A stretch of DNA of 32,000 bases, taken from positions 1,500,001 through 1,532,000 of the forward strand of contig NC_000964.3 in NCBI RefSeq assembly GCF_000009045.1, in the 5' to 3' direction. Position numbers and translations under genes: made by a program. Shown here piece after piece: positions 26,160 to 32,000 of this stretch (within the stretch, counting starts at the first letter, position 1; each line of letters opens with the position of its first letter). This stretch comes from Bacillus subtilis subsp. subtilis str. 168 (GTDB lineage: Bacteria > Bacillota > Bacilli > Bacillales > Bacillaceae). The notes under the pieces were generated by a model. The model saw only the letters and a program-made list of their open reading frames with translations, was not told where the DNA came from and ran no database searches.

Positions 26160-26192
26160 AGAAACGGCTGGCATTGTGCCAGCCGTTTTCTC
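26160..26192. terminator. bidirectional terminator shared by ykrA (+) and defB (-)
   Basis: ACGGCTGGCA (26164-26173) pairs with TGCCAGCCGT (26177-26186), flanked by an A-rich run and T-runs. Confidence 0.9.
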
Positions 26193-26194
26193 TT

Positions 26195-26749
26195 TTAGCG
26201 CTCAATTGCGATTGCATTTTCAGGTTCTTTGAAAGGATTTTCCTTATCAATATGATCATAGAACATAACGCCGTTCAAATGATCGATCTCATGCTGAAAC
26301 ACAATAGCCGGAAATCCTTTTAAACGAATATCAATATTTTCGCCTTCTAGTGTTGTTCCTTTTACTCTGATGCGAGCATAGCGGGGAACATAACCGGGAA
26401 TCGCTTCATCCACAGAGAGGCAGCCCTCGCCGCTTGTTAAGTAGCTTTTTTCAACTGAATGGCTGACGATCTTAGGATTAAACAGAGCATAGCTGTATAA
26501 TTTACCGGAAGCATCTTCCGCATGAACGGCGATCATTCGTTTTTTGATATTAATTTGAGGAGCTGCGAGTCCTACGCCAGGGCGCAGCTTGTATTTTTCG
26601 GCTAATTCTGGATTTTGGCTGTTTTTAACAAATTCGATCATGTCGGCCAGCTGCTGTTTTTCTGCATCAGTTGGAGGCAGCTCAACAGGTTCGGCAGTCT
26701 CTCTGAGGGCTGGATGGCCGTCACGTACGATGTTTTCCATAGTAATCAA
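26195..26749 (-). CDS. defB: peptide deformylase (second paralogue)
   Basis: TTG 26749 lies 7 nt after GGAGTG and gives 184 aa. It has the deformylase motifs [13 protein letters not shown] and QHEIDHL. Confidence 0.93.
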   Translation of the reverse strand: MITMENIVRDGHPALRETAEPVELPPTDAEKQQLADMIEFVKNSQNPELAEKYKLRPGVGLAAPQINIKKRMIAVHAEDASGKLYSYALFNPKIVSHSVEKSYLTSGEGCLSVDEAIPGYVPRYARIRVKGTTLEGENIDIRLKGFPAIVFQHEIDHLNGVMFYDHIDKENPFKEPENAIAIER

Positions 26750-26779
26750 GAAACTTCACTCCTAAAGCTTAATATGTAA

Positions 26780-26809
26780 ATTATATCGGATTTCTTCACA
26801 AAGGTGCAA
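26780..26809 (-). promoter_or_regulatory. candidate sigma-A promoter of defB
   Basis: On the minus strand: TTGCAC (26809-26804), an 18-nt spacer, then a perfect TATAAT (26785-26780). Confidence 0.5.
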
Positions 26810-26820
26810 CGAAACGAATG

Positions 26821-26840
26821 ACCAGCCGTATATGGCTGGT
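26821..26840 (-). terminator. hairpin downstream of the tiny Gly/Tyr/Cys peptide gene
   Basis: ACCAGCC pairs with GGCTGGT (7-bp stem, 6-nt loop), 19 nt after the stop. The trailing U-tract is poor (CAUUCGUUUCG). Confidence 0.4.
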
Positions 26841-26858
26841 CAATTTCATGCTGTGTGG

Positions 26859-27017
26859 TTAGCAACAGCCTCCACCTAAATAAGCAGCTCCGACAATGAT
26901 TAACAGAATGAATAAAACAACGATTAGCGCAAAGGTGCGGCCGTAGCCATATCCGCAGCCACCATATCCGTAACCACCATAACTGCAGCAGCCTCCGCCG
27001 TAACCATATCCATACAT
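26859..27017 (-). CDS. 52-aa Gly/Tyr/Cys-rich tiny membrane peptide (YjcZ-like sporulation-peptide family, from memory)
   Basis: AGAGGAGG SD lies 9 nt upstream of ATG 27017. The product is [52 protein letters not shown], ending at TAA 26861-26859. It is below the ORF-track cutoff. Confidence 0.75.
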
Positions 27018-27230
27018 ATTACATAACCTCCTCTTTTAATTACGCCAGAGCCTTTATAAGTAGGCATAGCGTCTAATATAACCTATGTAAAAACAAAAAA
27101 GTTGTATGGTCATCTGTCCTGATTTTTCACTTTTTTGATTTAATTTCAGTATTGCATTTATACAGCACGGCTATTGCCAAATGTCCCCATGGATTCTATA
27201 GTAGAAATTGTCAAGATTGGGGGATTTAAC

Positions 27231-27902
27231 GTGAAAGACGCTATAAAACGGCGGCCTGGAATCAAGATCGGAGCTTTTTGTGCCATGGCACTGATATTAA
27301 CAGGATGCATGGGACAGGACCCGGTTGATTCACTTCATCATTCATTAGAAAAAGCCGCGGAATCGGAAAAGCCGTTTCAAGAAGAACAAAACACACTCAA
27401 AGAATTAGAGGCCAAAGAAAATCAGCTTTACGATAGTGTTATGAAGCTCAATATGGATGATTATAAAAAAATTGTTGCTTTATCTAATAAGGCGCTTGAA
27501 AATGTCAGCAAGCGCGAAGAACACCTAAAGCTTGAAAATGACAGCATGAAAAAATCGGAAACAGAATTTGAGGAAGCAAAAACGTCAGCGGAACATATTA
27601 AGGAAAAAGACATAAAAGAAAAGGCCGATGCCGCAGCAAACCATATGGAGAAAAGATATACATCATATGGCACTATGTATAAAGAGTATAAAAAAGCGCT
27701 TGAGCTTAATAAAAAACTGTATATGCAGCTGAAAGACAAAGATTTGACAAGAGATGATCTGGATCAGCAGATCGATAAAGTCAATGCTTCTTATGAAAAG
27801 ATCCTTAAATATAGCGGAGAATTTAATGAACAAACCGAAAAATATAATAAAGCCCGGGAAGATTTATATGATGCTGCAGGCTATCGTGTGAAAAAGAGCT
27901 GA
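27231..27902 (+). CDS. ykyA: coiled-coil lipoprotein of unknown function
   Basis: The best-supported start is GTG 27231, 6 nt after GGGGGA. That gives signal peptide MKDAIKRRPGIKIGAFCAMALILTG|C with lipobox LTGC. The in-frame ATG 27189 and TTG 27174 lack an SD. The mature part is K/E-rich and helical. Confidence 0.85.
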   Translation: MKDAIKRRPGIKIGAFCAMALILTGCMGQDPVDSLHHSLEKAAESEKPFQEEQNTLKELEAKENQLYDSVMKLNMDDYKKIVALSNKALENVSKREEHLKLENDSMKKSETEFEEAKTSAEHIKEKDIKEKADAAANHMEKRYTSYGTMYKEYKKALELNKKLYMQLKDKDLTRDDLDQQIDKVNASYEKILKYSGEFNEQTEKYNKAREDLYDAAGYRVKKS

Positions 27903-27921
27903 CTCGATCAGCTCTTTTTTT
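27893..27921 (+). terminator. rho-independent terminator after ykyA
   Basis: AGAGCTGA (27895-27902, includes the stop codon) pairs with TCAGCTCT (27908-27915), followed by T7. Confidence 0.88.
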
Positions 27922-28246
27922 GAATGAAATGCGATTCGGATTTCGTTCAAAATTTTCATTTCTATTGTAGTACAGCATAGTAAGGTATACTAGTACAGTT
28001 TTGGGTGCGGTTGGCATCTGTTTTTTTGATGAAAATGTAAAGCGAATACATTTATTGAAAATCAGCGATGAAAACGATTGACGGTTCTTCTTTATTTGGT
28101 GTAAACTAATCCATGTTAAGCGGTGTTGTATTAGTTTTTTACAACTTCGAAATAATACAGTTCAAAGCAGAGTGTAACTATCCTACATAAAAGGTTTTGG
28201 CAAACTGGGGATCGGCTAAAATATAATACGACTTACTGCTGATACT

Positions 28247-28260
28247 TTAGGGTACCCTAA
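28247..28260. promoter_or_regulatory. perfect 14-bp palindrome in the pdhA upstream/leader region
   Basis: TTAGGGTACCCTAA, 66 nt upstream of the pdhA ATG. It lies downstream of both candidate promoters: TTGACG-18-TAAACT at 28078-28107 and TTGGCA-19-TATAAT at 28197-28227. Confidence 0.35.
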
Positions 28261-28319
28261 GTTTGTATGTATAAAAGGAATGCACGTCTAATGACTGTTT
28301 AAAAGAAAGGAAGAGGTGA

Positions 28320-29441
<1,122 letters not shown>

Positions 29442-29444
29442 GCC

Positions 29445-30422
29445 ATGGCGCAAATGACAATGATTCAAGCAATCACGGATGCGTTACGCACAGAACTGAA
29501 AAATGACGAAAATGTCTTAGTTTTCGGAGAAGACGTTGGTGTAAACGGCGGCGTATTCCGTGCGACAGAAGGATTGCAAAAAGAATTCGGTGAAGACCGT
29601 GTGTTTGACACGCCACTTGCTGAATCTGGTATCGGCGGTCTTGCCCTTGGTTTAGGCTTAAACGGCTTCCGTCCGGTAATGGAAATCCAATTCTTCGGAT
29701 TTGTTTATGAAGTAATGGATTCAGTTTCTGGCCAAATGGCTCGTATGCGCTACCGTTCTGGCGGACGCTGGACTTCACCTGTAACAATTCGTTCTCCATT
29801 CGGCGGCGGTGTTCATACTCCTGAACTTCACGCTGACAGCTTGGAAGGTCTTGTTGCACAACAGCCTGGTATCAAAGTTGTTATTCCATCAACTCCTTAC
29901 GATGCCAAAGGACTTTTAATTTCTGCGATCAGAGACAATGATCCTGTTGTCTTCTTAGAGCATATGAAGCTTTACCGTTCTTTCCGTCAGGAAGTTCCTG
30001 AAGAAGAATACACAATTGAGCTTGGAAAAGCTGACGTGAAACGTGAAGGTACTGATCTTTCAATCATCACTTACGGCGCAATGGTTCATGAATCATTAAA
30101 AGCTGCTGATGAGCTTGAAAAAGACGGCATTTCTGCTGAAGTTGTCGACCTTCGTACAGTAAGCCCACTTGATATCGATACAATTATCGCCTCTGTAGAA
30201 AAAACAGGACGCGCGATTGTCGTTCAAGAGGCACAAAAACAAGCCGGTATTGCTGCAAACGTAGTAGCAGAAATTAATGACCGTGCGATCCTGAGCTTGG
30301 AAGCACCTGTACTTCGCGTTGCAGCGCCAGATACAGTATTTCCTTTCTCTCAAGCGGAGAGCGTATGGCTTCCAAACCATAAAGACGTTCTTGAAACAGC
30401 AAGAAAAGTGCTTGAATTTTAA
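29445..30422 (+). CDS. pdhB: pyruvate dehydrogenase E1 beta subunit
   Basis: The ATG lies 3 nt after the pdhA stop, with a GAAGGAG SD inside the pdhA 3' end. The 325-aa product has a transketolase-like Pyr domain and C-terminal domain. Confidence 0.96.
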   Translation: MAQMTMIQAITDALRTELKNDENVLVFGEDVGVNGGVFRATEGLQKEFGEDRVFDTPLAESGIGGLALGLGLNGFRPVMEIQFFGFVYEVMDSVSGQMARMRYRSGGRWTSPVTIRSPFGGGVHTPELHADSLEGLVAQQPGIKVVIPSTPYDAKGLLISAIRDNDPVVFLEHMKLYRSFRQEVPEEEYTIELGKADVKREGTDLSIITYGAMVHESLKAADELEKDGISAEVVDLRTVSPLDIDTIIASVEKTGRAIVVQEAQKQAGIAANVVAEINDRAILSLEAPVLRVAAPDTVFPFSQAESVWLPNHKDVLETARKVLEF

Positions 30423-30437
30423 TCAAACTGCATAATC

Positions 30438-30464
30438 GAGAGGGAAGATGAACGTTTTCCCTCT
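30438..30464 (+). other. stem-loop in the pdhB-pdhC spacer (possible partial terminator or processing/stability element)
   Basis: GAGAGGGAA (30438-30446) pairs with TTCCCTCT (30457-30464). The following ATTATATATCTGTTTT is not a clean U-run. A candidate internal promoter, TTCAAT-17-TAAAAT, lies at 30479-30507. Confidence 0.4.
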
Positions 30465-30536
30465 ATTATATATCTGTTTTCAATGCTTACGATGTAAACT
30501 TTAAAATTGCTTAATCAAACTAGGAGGTCGAGAACT

Positions 30537-32000
<1,464 letters not shown>

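Noticed and set aside
27823-28017. A 64-aa minus-strand ORF overlaps the ykyA 3' end and terminator.
   Set aside because: It has no SD, it is antisense to ykyA and its terminator hairpin, and no motif is present.

Overview
This window looks like ordinary, densely packed low-GC Firmicute core chromosome. From the translated proteins I recognise the Bacillus subtilis 168-type segment yknU(partial)-yknV-yknWXYZ-fruRKA-sipT-ykoA-ykpA-ykpB-ampS-ykpC-mreBH-abh-kinC-ykqA-ktrC-adeC-rnjA-rpoY(ykzG)-ykrA-defB-(tiny peptide)-ykyA-pdhABC-pdhD(partial). That identification is from memory; no search was possible. Protein lengths obtained after choosing SD-supported starts match what I remember for those genes. 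Most transcription units end in clear rho-independent hairpins, and four convergent gene pairs each share one bidirectional terminator. I see no rRNA, tRNA, CRISPR array, transposase, integrase, phage genes or compositional island. I also see no convincing evidence for a wholly new multi-gene system, and the window is best treated as a well-studied housekeeping and accessory-transport region. Some smaller-scale items are worth a second look. (1) A 23-codon extremely basic mini-ORF with a consensus SD and its own hairpin sits just upstream of rpoY-rnjA. (2) A 52-aa Gly/Tyr/Cys-rich tiny membrane peptide gene falls below the ORF-track cutoff. (3) Both the ABC-F protein YkpA and the YknU/YknV exporter pair have one consensus and one degenerate ATP site. 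(4) A helically phased 10-bp repeat array plus a palindrome and cre-like box lie in the fruR control region. (5) A perfect 14-bp palindrome lies in the pdhA leader. (6) YkqA is a fusion of two gamma-glutamylcyclotransferase-fold modules, placed between kinC and ktrC.
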